DNA of 64,000 nt from Fimbriosthenelais zetlandica (Eukaryota), in NCBI GenBank assembly GCA_977030845.1, contig OZ365116.1, positions 14,198,001 through 14,262,000 on the forward strand, given 5' to 3'. A model generated the notes under the pieces. The model was not told where the DNA came from. It did not search any database and saw only the letters and a program-made list of their open reading frames with translations. Each line of letters opens with the position of its first letter. The first letter of the stretch is position 1. Shown in pieces: positions 13,064 through 23,693 of this stretch. The position numbers and the translations under genes were made by a program.

Positions 13064-14663
13064 TAGGCGTGGCAGTTAGCTAATGACGACTGGAGACAAC
13101 CTGTCTCATGACATGCTTTCTAGCATGTAGACAAGCACTCATTTAAACCATATACAGAAAGTGATGGATGGACAAGAGTTAATACAGCGACCTGAGTGTG
13201 GTCACATTCACCAAATCTTCCTGATTAACTTGAATAATTTAGTTTGGTTGTGATCGGTAATGATTCTATTAGCTTCAAATCATTAACACGGGGAATTAGT
13301 TTCCACTTTTTATCCAAACACAAAAAAAGGACATGAATAATTTACATGATTTTTTCCTGGAATTTCGGCGGAGATTTGATTAGGGTTAGAGAGATGCGGA
13401 TAAACGAGGCTAATATATTTTGTGCTATTAATTAATTTAGTGTAAAATCAGTGTTTAATTGATTTAACGAGCTCGGCTAATGAATCTCATGTCTTTGATA
13501 ATGTGCCTCTTATTTAGAGTCAGACATAGAATGGTCTGCAGCAATTAAAAAGACATAATAATTAAGACCCTAATGGTAGGAACGCATTACCAGGATTCGA
13601 CCTACACTCGGGCCATCAGGCTGTTTGCTTAAATCCCCATGGAGCGTTTTAAAAAAGTGATTATTTACAAGTTGACGGAGAGGTAGAGACTAGTTCTGCT
13701 TCCTCACACTAACTCAGACCAGCATGGTGGTTAGACAGACACAAAGGTCAGCAGCGCTTAACAGTCGTCCTTCATCCCAGGAGAACCTAGACAGAGGCTG
13801 GTGCTTAAAACATGCTGCAACAGACTGTCCTTAATTACAGAATAATCCCGATTAAAACACAACTTAACAGCGATATATTTAATTAGTAAAGAGTCTTAAA
13901 ATTAAAGTTACTTAAAATTAAAGGTATATATCTTAGCAATTAGTCCTGAAAAAATAACTTAAATCTATGCATTATATAAATGAAATGATATGAATTGAGG
14001 GACCTACCTATTGTAGTGTTGAGGTGAGCCCCTGCTACCATCCAACATGCTGCCATCAGCAAAACTAGCGGCCGGCTGAAAGTAATGAGAAGTGCCAAGA
14101 TTAATGTACTGTAAGGACAAACAGACAGACTACAGAGAGAGACAGAGGAGCGGGGTGGGGGCAGACAGTAGAGACAATTAGGACATGAATTATACAAGGC
14201 CCATTTATATAACGACCGACCTAGTCTGCTTCCTGTCTTGGAGACAGGTTGGTTCCAGACCCATTAACTTGTATTATTCTAGCTTTTGTATCTCGGAGAT
14301 TTTCGGGTAACCAGATGCCTTCAGTAATAGTAAAATAGCTGTTCTTTTCAGATGCTCCATGCAAGAAAGGAGCGAAAAGGGTGAGGTAGATATTGATACA
14401 ATATCAGATCATGATGCATCTTTTATCTATAGGATGGAGCAAGTCTTACAATGTGTGTGTCTTAGTAAGGAATGAAGCTTTGACGGGAGATCTCCTTATC
14501 ATCTAATCCTTCATCCAGTCTGATAGTACACCTATATGAGCAGGCACATCACTTTTTACTCTGTCAAAGGCGGCGTTCAGAAGAGGCATGGGAAAATGGA
14601 CAACTGTCATCCCATCCCATTCACTGAGTCTACACTGTAAAAGCCCGACAAAAAGCTACCTCC

Positions 14664-14706
14664 ATAGTCTAGATTTTATGGATATTGACCATAAAATCTA
14701 GACTAT
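14664..14706. repeat. Perfect 18-bp inverted repeat with 7-nt loop
   Basis: atagtctagattttatgg (14664-14681), loop atattga, then ccataaaatctagactat (14689-14706), its exact reverse complement. Confidence 0.9.
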
Positions 14707-16328
14707 TCTTAGATTTTACTTTGATTAAATCTAATATATCGTACTAATGTGCCGGTGGGAATATACTTTCTTTTCAAAACCCGGATCTGTTCGGTTTAGG
14801 AATCTAATACAGTTGGTGATTCCATTATGCCGGATTTGGTGGGAAGCAGAAGCATGTAACTGACATGCTATGCTGCATGCAATTAGAACCCCGGCAGAAA
14901 TCGACGTTTAAGGCTCGCCCTGTCAGTAATTATCCGGGATCAATTCAGTACTGGAGGGTTCTACCTTCTATAAGGCTGAATGTGAGGAGAATGGGGTCCT
15001 ATACTCGAGCTGTCTACAGACAAAGTAATATAGGAAATGACGCAGAACACACTGCCGAATTTTATAGGGTATACGCTTACTGTTAGTGATACGTGAGGGC
15101 CATGTATTTCATTAATGGCAAATACTGGTAATTACAACTACAGTACATAAATGATATATGTCTATAGTCTAATTAAAGTGCATAATGACATATATTACCA
15201 ATATGTTTGTACTTTAAAGAAAGGCCGTCTGTGTATGCAGTTTAATTAAGCCATTGATTGGTGAGGGAAGTTCAAAAACCGAGAACGGAAGACAAATATC
15301 AACCAGCAATGGCAAGGAATACGTTAATTAATTAGCGGCCAATCTTCAAGACAAAGGAATATGGTGAAATCTATTTTGTTAATGTTAATGGCAAATGTAT
15401 TTTAAATGTTTATAACCTAGTCAATTTATACAAAATTTCCTAATAGATTTGAACATTTGCGGATAAAATACTTTGTTATATCCAGGTAGAATCTTTCTAC
15501 ATTTTGCATTAGGAAGTGAGGGTAAATGTGCCTCTTTACATAGAGAGAATGGCGGCCAGTTTGCTCCCATTATCGCCCATTAACATGTACCATTCGTCCT
15601 CCCTCATTATCGCTCAGTATCATGTACATCTCCTTCAATCAACACTACCATTTAGTCCTTTCATGTAATGTTCACATTCATGTCGTAATGTACCAATGTA
15701 GGTCTATTGTCCCCGCAGCTAATTGGAGAAGTAATTAGATAAGTAATTAAGATTGAAAAACTCATAGCGTGACAATAAAAGCTGGGCTGGTTGATTTACT
15801 GTCAGACATTTAACATACAGCTCCCTTCCGCTAATTAAGCAACCCGGGTTATAATCGATTTAACGTGAATTATGAGCATATATATAATTCTCCACTGGGA
15901 ATTTGATTAGTCATGGGTGCGTTTAAATAAAATAAGTCCTATGTTCTTCTTTGGTAATTGCATCATTAACACAGATACAACATGAACCTTTTCTATTGAG
16001 TCAAAAATTTGAGTATGAACTCGGTGGAGTGAATGATTTGTGTTTGCTAAAAATATATAGCAGTCGGTTCATACTGAAGACCAATACCAAATCTTAGCCT
16101 TGAAAGATTGTGACAGGCAGGTTGAATAGAGAGCATGTATATGCATGTGGCGGGCGTGTGTGGTCTACGAGTGATTGAAGGCTACATTGTAAGGAAGGAG
16201 CAGGCCTGGCAACCCAGCCTACTGGGTGGAGGAGTGGGGCATTCAAAGCCCCACTGAATCACAATAACCAACAGAATATTAATGGAATCACCCCCGAAAG
16301 CTAGCAGCTGAAAAGAACATCAGCTCCA

Positions 16329-16400
16329 TTATCTAAATCCATGCCCATGCCTCCCTAATATTGAGGACAGTTTACAACCGTCTCGCAAATTCAAACAGGG
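16329..16400 (-). CDS. Possible terminal coding exon of the unidentified minus-strand gene (PCLNLRDGCKLSSILGRHGHGFR*)
   Basis: Strong acceptor cccattcttctctcag. Phase 0 matches the upstream exon ending at 16659, and the frame is open to TAA. Speculative. Confidence 0.25.
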   Translation of the reverse strand, partial: PCLNLRDGCKLSSILGRHGHGFR

Positions 16401-16658
16401 CTGAGAGAAGAATGGGTGTGAATAGCTCCCAACAACATGGTCCGAGTAAATACGTTTTTTATGGTGGATGAAACCTATTGTTCCTTAAGTCCTTATAAAT
16501 ACCAATGGGCTTTTATAAGAGTAGGTGTGGAGGGTAGGGCATATTGACAGGGCGTGGCAGATGGGGAGTGAAGGGCGATGTGAATTCATGGCAATGAAAG
16601 CATGATGTATTGAAGGTTCAATGTTGCATACAATTATGATATAAGGTGGTTTACTTAC

Positions 16659-16745
16659 TGGGGGGCAGGAGGGGAGGGGTGGAGGTACACTTCGGTGAGA
16701 TGGTCCTGCAACGCTCAGCATAAGGCCTAGTGAGGAGTCGTCTCC
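16659..16745 (-). CDS. Internal coding exon, 87 nt, phase 0-0 (GDDSSLGLMLSVAGPSHRSVPPPLPSCPP), unidentified protein
   Basis: Acceptor atgtttatttcag and donor CCA|gtaagt. In frame with exon 17018-16872 across a 126-nt AT-rich GT-AG intron. Confidence 0.7.
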
Positions 16746-16871
16746 CTGAAATAAACATCTCCAAGTTTAAACCAAATTCTATTTACAAATTACTAAATAT
16801 TGAAGCATAATATCACCGTTTCCTTTTAAATTCTTTAAGGTAAAAAGTGTAAGAGTATTTGAATGACTCAC

Positions 16872-17018
16872 ATCGGTGTTGGTTGACTGGATGTCTTGGT
16901 CGTTGGTAGCCGCCATCTCAGCCAGGAAGCGCAGAGCGTCGAGAACATGGTGATAGTGCGTCTTCAGTTCCGAAGAAAATTTCTTTGTTAACTCGTCCAA
17001 TTTACCTCCAACTTCAAT
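16872..17018 (-). CDS. Internal coding exon, 147 nt, phase 0-0 (IEVGGKLDELTKKFSSELKTHYHHVLDALRFLAEMAATNDQDIQSTNTD), unidentified, probably helical
   Basis: Acceptor ctctttgcatcttttcag and donor GAT|gtgagt. Open frame, length a multiple of 3, coding-like composition with retained CpGs. Confidence 0.8.
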
Positions 17019-18974
17019 CTGAAAAGATGCAAAGAGTCCGATTAATGTACGGATCGAAGTATGCATAAATATGACGCAGCAATATTTGACCCCGGATCTC
17101 TTTCAAATCACTAATGAAAAATAAAATACAAAAAAATAATAGAGGAATAAGAGGCGAATAGAAATGGCTGACATTTCAGAGAACTTTAAATGGAAAAGAA
17201 ACTTCAAACAGGAATGAAACCAAGGAGAGGCATCCTGAGATTAAATTCCAACCAGACAGTCCACCGTGATTCATCATTTCTCAACTTGTCAGCATCCATC
17301 TTTGAAAGTACTTGGCAATTCCTGCATATACATTCTCCATCCTTGTACTCTGGACATTTTCTGACAATAAGCAAATTGCCTTTTGGTTCTTTTACTCAAG
17401 CCTAATTCCCCCTCATACCCCATGTTTTATTGTCTACCGTGATGGTGCGTTTAGCGACCTATGGTTCAGCCCACCGTGCCCTCTACAAGTGATTCCTGTA
17501 ATGACATATTGTGCAAATTGGGGCAAATGTAACCCATAATAGTCCCATCCATCTCCATGTTCCCCTCACCACTTCCTCACCACTTTGATTCTGTTAGAGC
17601 CGGGAGAGCAGGGTAAAAGCCCAGCCATTCTGTTACGGGGGAGGAGATGGTAATGGCAGAGGCAATGGTTGGAGAATATCGGTGAACGGAGTATACAAGA
17701 TACATGACTTTTTAATGGTGTCCCTTTCCATCTATATTCAACGCCAACAATGGCTGACATTGCCCACATATTATCTAACTTCCATTCTTTAAGCCATACG
17801 TATCATGTCGAATAAAATCACCCCTTACACCTGAATTGTAAATTTCATTGCTCTGGGGTTACCTAAATGTATAAGAAACCTTAAGGAAGAAACGTGTAAG
17901 AAATCTTAAGGATGGAGAACAACAGAAATTCCTTCTTGAAAAAGGAATCCATCCATCTTCTCCAATACAAAATTAGGTCGCAAATTAGCATGCTCCAGAT
18001 GCGACTGGAGTTGTCTAAGCTGGGATAAGAACCAGACACTCAATCAGGCAATAATCAGTCAGCCATCTGACGGTCCTCAATCATACTGGATCGGAAATCA
18101 ATCAATCTTCATTCACTGAGAGAGGTGCGACTCCTACCCAACAAGTCTGTCTGTCTCCCTGACGGAAAAGAAAAACTCCTGGCGGGAATAGAAAAGTGGG
18201 AAGATATCCTGCTTAATAACACCTATATAAAGGACTGTAAAGGTCAGATTCAGAACACCTGCTATCATTGAAAATAATATCTGAGCGAACACTGGGCAGC
18301 ATGGACAAAAACAGGAAAGGTTACTTTAAGAACATGGGCCTGAGTTAAGATGCCTTAAAGGCAGGGATAGCTTAAAGTGTTTTATTCGGGTAGTAAGAGA
18401 CTGGCACCATAACGTCAACATGAAGGCCACCTTTCACCTAGCCTACCTCCATCAGTGAGATCATGATTAATCGGAATCCAATAGATGTTTGAGATATGCA
18501 CCAGCTATGCATTTTCCTGTCAAGGCACACGTATCGTGAGATGGAATAAGAAAAGACTCCTTTCTCACCTCACCAACAATTCAGCCCACATTCCAAGAGA
18601 AGTCGAGACCTGAATATTCAATCTATAGGGGTGGTTCCCTATTCAGACTGCTTGTTGATAACACCCGAATACTAACACCATTAAATCTTCATTGCCAACC
18701 CTAATGCTTATGAGACCTTATTCTTGTTTTTGAAATAGGAATTGTTCTATTAATCCATACTAATTAAGCAGATCGCCAGTAGAAAATCAAAAATACAGAT
18801 AAAAATTCTAAGTAACTGAGTGAAAAATGTATGTTTGTTAAATGGTATCAATAGTGATGAAGGTAATGGCGTGTTGCCATGGTGAAATGGAAAGCTGTTT
18901 TCACGCTTGGATACAAGCCCAATTTTAATATGCCCCAAAGGAGCAATACAATTCAAGGTAGACACGAAACAGCT

Positions 18975-19060
18975 TTGTCACTGCGCATGTACGGCTTCAA
19001 ACGGCGGACCAGCTCAATTGTCTTCTGCCTTTTGCCGTCAAACGCGCCAGCAGACAGATT
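18975..19060. promoter_or_regulatory. CpG-rich promoter/enhancer-like patch with NRF1-like site
   Basis: ACTGCGCATGT at 18980-18990 (the same 11-mer occurs at 40241-40251), followed by a CpG-rich stretch. Confidence 0.35.
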
Positions 19061-19314
19061 GTCGTCTGGTGGAGCCTGCGCTTTTGATGGGCACACGTTT
19101 GAGGCAATTATTGTGTCGGGTATTCGGGCTTGATCTCCTTCTTGCCTCAAGTAGGGCTCTTCTCCTATGACAGGATTAGTTTCCTAGCCAATAAGGGCCT
19201 GGATGTTCAAAGCTTTAGCCACGAGAGGCCGTCAAGCACCCATGGCTGAAGGGTCGTGTCACTTTTAACAATGAAAAAAAGGTCGGAGAAAAAACTCATT
19301 GAGTACAGAGAGTA

Positions 19315-19451
19315 TTCACTGCTATTAAGTAACGTCAATGAACTTTCCATATCCAAGGGACTGGTCCAACTCTAAATAGTTCTAATCTGGGAAAACTCAA
19401 CGCGGATATGGTTTCACTGCTATTAAGGCTAATGAACTTCCCATCTCTAAG
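19315..19451 (+). repeat. Imperfect direct repeat of about 40 bp, offset about 98 bp
   Basis: ttcactgctattaag...aatgaactttccatatccaag versus ttcactgctattaag...aatgaacttcccatctctaag. Confidence 0.75.
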
Positions 19452-19894
19452 TGATGGGAATAGTTTTAATCAGTTCACCCATGTCATAATTTCCATTTGG
19501 GGGTAAAATGTCTGATGACTGACACATAGAAATTTTCCTTTTAACTTCGTCAAGGTAAAAAGTGCTCAGCCAAACTGATGGCGGTTTGACAAACCACCCT
19601 CACCACCCAGCAAACACAAACCATATCAATTATAGCCTCACAGTGGGCGGACGTGATTTGGTCTTTACGTTTAAAAAACGGAATAAATAGAGACATTATG
19701 ACGAGGGAGTTGAGATAAAGGGCTATGAAAGAAGGGTGTTTTTCATGAATGGAAGCAGTACAAAAGGCCAGGTGGCGTTTACAGATCAACTATCATGGCA
19801 GCCCATATAGTGTGGCTGGAGCCCACCAGGGGGTGTCTAACATGGTGTCACTAACACCATTGTCATGACGCCATGGTGACGGAGGGCCGCTTAC

Positions 19895-19933
19895 CTCATG
19901 TAAGATGCGGTAGGTAGTGAAAGGCCCCAGGTC
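19895..19933 (-). CDS. Candidate 39-nt phase 0-0 exon (DLGPFTTYRILHE)
   Basis: Donor GAG|gtaagc. A pyrimidine-rich stretch ending cttgaag could act as acceptor. Compatible in phase with exon 17018-16872. Confidence 0.3.
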
Positions 19934-20857
19934 CTTCAAGATAGGCACAAGAGGGAAGACGCCCCATGCATCATCAATAATAAGGTTTCTCTACTCATTT
20001 CTAAAGGAGGTGGTTTGATATTGTACTTGGGTAATCAACAGCGAAGCCACCTCAATGCTTGTCAAAAATGGCGCCACAACTCTTAGAAAGATGTAACAGA
20101 AAGGATGCAGCCGTATCCTGTTTGCTATCAACAACGAATGCTTGCATGATAAGTCTAATAGTCAAAGCACCCTCAATAACTTCAGCCCCTTCTGTATCTC
20201 GTTTAGAGTCAATGTTATTCTTACTATTCTGAGGTATATATGTGTGTATATCTATGACATTTGCACTTTTTGGAAGTGCTGCCAACAGCAGATTCCAGGC
20301 CAGAAACTGGTGCCAAGTGTTGGCAAGGAACGAGATGAAAGGTGGGAAAAGAGGCCCTGTAGAAGAAATACGACTTGATGCTCAGAGTCAGATTAGAAAC
20401 TCAATCTGTATTCAAAAGAAACTCTATAAAAGCAGGGCAAAATATACTTGTATTGTGAAAGAATAGACCTATGTATAAGCCAATTTACTATAGTGGCAGC
20501 GTGAGGCAGGCATGGGAGGGATAAAGGGTAGAGAAGGCCAAATGCCAGTCTACATCAATAATGCATGGCATGTAGAGGCTGTATAAATCACAGACAATCT
20601 GACTTATTAAACATCCAGTGACGGCCAATGAAAACTGATCATGATGACCACTACTGATCCAGGCACAGAGGCCGCGGACACTGGACACTGTGATGACTAG
20701 ATCTTTCATCATTACCCTATGCTTTAATGGGAAGAATTTAATGAGATAATTCATTAAATATACGTCACAAAAGTACTTTCAAAGTTCACAGAGAAGAAAG
20801 TTTAAACTTGTATACGGACTCGGTCAAAATATGATTTATCTTTGTCTCTTGCTTGGA

Positions 20858-20891
20858 TGGGGGTGGTGGGTGGGGGTGGGGGGGGGGGGGC
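20858..20891 (+). repeat. G-run tract, potential G-quadruplex
   Basis: gggggtggtgggtgggggtgggggggggggggg. Confidence 0.7.
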
Positions 20892-21618
20892 ACGGGGATA
20901 AGGGATGAGCGTTTAGGACCAAACTGATGAAGAACATCTCAATATCAATGTCAGAGATCCCCAGGGATGAGGGTGGCCCGGGGGGCGGGGTATGCCCCTT
21001 GGATGAGGCTAACCCCTGAAGATGATGGGAGAGGAGAGCAGCGATGTGGGTGATCTACATGATGGACAGGCTCAGGTCCTCCGTGTACTAATTGTGATTC
21101 CTCTACACGGCTTATGGGATCTCAGACTGGGCCTTCTTGCCGTTATCACGTTTTCTTTTGATAGGCAGAGTTCATATGATGCTCTCCTTTTGATAGCGGC
21201 ATGCATTGATATGCAGGAATTAACAATTGCTACTGATGAAATATAGGGCAGAATATTATCATTAAGGGCTGACAATCATTAGTCAATTCCTTAGAACATT
21301 TGATACACCGACAGAGCAATAAATTATTCACAGCTCACAGGGCTTAAGACCTGCGTGACAGGGTCTCAAGAGAAAAACCTACGATTATATGATCATAAAT
21401 ACATTGGTACAGTGAGGGAATCCATGTTTCACCTCAGTGGACGTCACTGTAGCAGGCTTCATGTTCAAGCTCTGTGTAAAAACATGATTTGTGGCGTTTC
21501 CTCAGCGTCTAAGACAAGCTACAATGGGTCACCAGTGGGTAGGATGAGGGATGGCTTGAAGCTAGGCCAGATAAATGATGAAACAAACTGGACCGTTTAA
21601 TGTAAACATTCATGGGGT

Positions 21619-21820
21619 CAAGGTTCCCAGCCGTTCATGAGAACAGAATTCCCTGAGTTTTCCCTGATTTTTTTCCCTGAGTAAGCCATTAACTTCCAGG
21701 AGATATTTAAGTCATATGAAGCACTCTGAAGTTCAGGGTCGTGCATGGGATTCCCTGAGTGTTCCCTGTCTGGAAACTTTGTAATTTTATCAGACTTCAG
21801 AGCACTGATCTTTCAAATGT
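21619..21820 (+). mobile_element. hAT-like non-autonomous element (MITE), copy 1, diverged; right end uncertain
   Basis: Begins caaggttcccag. Shares the core ttccaggagatattt(a/t)ag(t/c)catatgaagca and ttccctga subrepeats with the copies at 34.0 kb and 60.8 kb. Confidence 0.65.
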
Positions 21821-22559
21821 TCGTCAGGAAGGAAACAGGGAAATAGATTCCTTGGCCTGATCTTTTACACCAAATATGCATTGGCCGATCGACATCTTTA
21901 AATATCGATGTATCGCTCAAAAAACTAATAGTATGCGATGTTATCTAGTAAAATATGACCAGGTTAAAGGCATGTCTATGGTACCATGCCGGGTTATCAG
22001 CTAGGAGTGGGATCTAGTCTGGTATAGGACATCCTGGTCAGTCAGTTTCACCTCTGACTCGGTCACCGTCCCACCACTCCATGTTAAGTGGTAAGGGCAC
22101 ATCCAGGGGGACTGCTATCTCCCTCAATACATCTACAACTATCTCACAACATCATTTTATGCCAATAAATAATGGATATTCTTAGCAGGGGGCGAAACGG
22201 AGGTCTGACACACGACCAGAGCAGGGTGACTGGGGATTGAGCAGGGCTGGGTGATGGGTGGGGGGATGGGGGTGAAGTGATGGGGCAGTGGGTCAGGTAG
22301 AAATGCTGGGAAATACATCACATTGTTACCGTATTGTAATCTCTGCTGTCCCTATCTGTGTCTCTGCCTAAGGGCACTAAATAATATTCACAGGGCTTGT
22401 TATTATATCTCATTTTAGGATCAAATTAAAGGTCAAAGTGTATTATTAGAGATCTTAATCTGTCAAGAAATAAATGAATTTAATTATGTAGAAGGAGGGA
22501 TAAAAATTGACAGTAAATCAGTGTGGTATATAAGTTCGCAATTCCTCAATCGTTGCCAG

Positions 22560-22788
22560 ATCCCTATAATATACACACGCAGAGTCACCCCTATAGTACA
22601 ACTGACAAGGCAACCCAATCCTCAAGTGTTGCCAATGTAAACAACCAACAAGAACCCCACTCTGAAACCCTCAAGCCAACCTGGCACTCAAGTGGCCAGT
22701 CAAATGGGCAATATGAGATGTCATTCATTTATAAGGGGTGTGGCTGGAGCGGTACAACACAACAATGGTGCCGCCAGATGGAAGGCTG
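22560..22788 (+). CDS. Candidate 229-nt plus-strand internal exon (S/T/Q-rich, ...YEMSFIYKGCGWSGTTQQWCRQMEG)
   Basis: Acceptor tcaatcgttgccag and donor CTG|gtaagt. One frame is open across the whole interval and ends at the donor. No partner exon found. Confidence 0.25.
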
Positions 22789-22866
22789 GTAAGTTTTGTT
22801 CTAATCATTGAAACTGGAGGGTGCTAGTGACGTCTGCTGAATCATCCATTTAACTTTGACAGGACG

Positions 22867-22869
<3 letters not shown>

Positions 22870-22897
<28 letters not shown>

Positions 22898-23520
22898 GAT
22901 GTTTATAAGCTTTTTATTTTTCACCATTACATTTTACAATGTATTTTCAGGCAGCTTTCACAGTCTTAATACAAAAAATTGAACGAAAAAAATGTTTTTA
23001 TCTTCTTTACAATATAACTAATGTCACTGTGATATTTTGTATATTTTCTTTTCGAGTAAAACTATGTACTTTAAAAACATTTGGCCACCTCAACAAAATA
23101 CAAATCCCGCCCCACGCCTCAGGTCCACTAGCTCTACTACTATAGGTATATTTTAACATCATCTAGATCATCATCATAAGTTTGTCGTATATAAATAATA
23201 CAGTCATTAACATTTAACCATTACTTGTGGAAAAACAATGTAATTCTTTTAAGACCTGTGTTTCAGTAAGTTGCAGTTATGTAGGAAAAACAATCCTTTG
23301 TATATTGTATATATCTATTTTCTAATAGCGATTTTAAATTTGTTATAGTCTTGGATATTTCGTATATCTGCCTTTAGAGAATTTTTATCGATATTTTGAT
23401 GAGGATTTCGAAAGATTATAGATAACATTTGGTAAATACAATTTCCTTTATCCGTTTCATCTTTTCCACAGATTGGTTTGTACCGAATTCCGTATCGAAA
23501 TTTTCATATAATTTTAGGCC
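22870..23520 (-). mobile_element. Candidate 5'-truncated non-LTR retrotransposon 3' end with poly(A) tail; 5' boundary approximate
   Basis: T28 at 22870-22897 is a poly(A) on minus, with AATAAA at 22918-22913 about 15 nt upstream. The AT-rich, CpG-retaining block differs from its flanks. Minus frame 23383-23315 encodes NSLKADIRNIQDYNKFKIAIRK*, resembling the CR1/L2 ORF2 C-terminus (WNSLPxxIxxIxxxxxFK). No TSD found. Confidence 0.4.
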
Positions 23521-23579
23521 TATACAGTAAAACGGTATAGTAAAGGTAAAGTTAAGTAAAGGTAAAACATGAGTGAGAG

Positions 23580-23586
23580 AAAAAAA
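23580..23586 (-). terminator. RNA polymerase III terminator (T7) of tRNA-His
   Basis: A7 on plus (T7 on minus), about 35 nt downstream of the tRNA 3' end. Confidence 0.75.
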
Positions 23587-23621
23587 TGAGGTCTTTGCCA
23601 TGATAGAGACCACACAGCCTC

Positions 23622-23693
23622 TGCCGTGACCAGGATTCGAACCTGGGTTGTCTCGGCCACAACGAGAAGTACTAACCACTATACGATCACGGC
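23622..23693 (-). tRNA. tRNA-His-GTG: tRNA-His (anticodon GUG), intact, intronless
   Basis: Minus strand reads GCCGTGATCGTATAGTGGTTAGTACTTCTCGTTGTGGCCGAGACAACCCAGGTTCGAATCCTGGTCACGGCA. Full cloverleaf: acceptor GCCGTGA/TCACGGC, anticodon stem TCTCG/CGAGA around TTGTGGC, T-arm CCAGG-TTCGAAT-CCTGG, A73. Typical metazoan tRNA-His sequence. TATA-like element about 35-40 nt upstream. Confidence 0.97.

Noticed and set aside
13589-13600. ACCAGGATTCGA, identical to 12 nt of the tRNA-His T-arm region
   Set aside because: The flanks do not fold into a tRNA, and 12 nt is too short to call a tRNA pseudogene or SINE.
17200-17360. Cys-rich minus-strand frame KCPEYKDGECICRNC... after an AG acceptor
   Set aside because: No convincing in-phase donor before the stop codon, so it cannot be joined to the 17018 exon.
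23416-23679. 87-aa minus-strand ORF
   Set aside because: It runs through the tRNA-His gene and its terminator, so it is an incidental frame.
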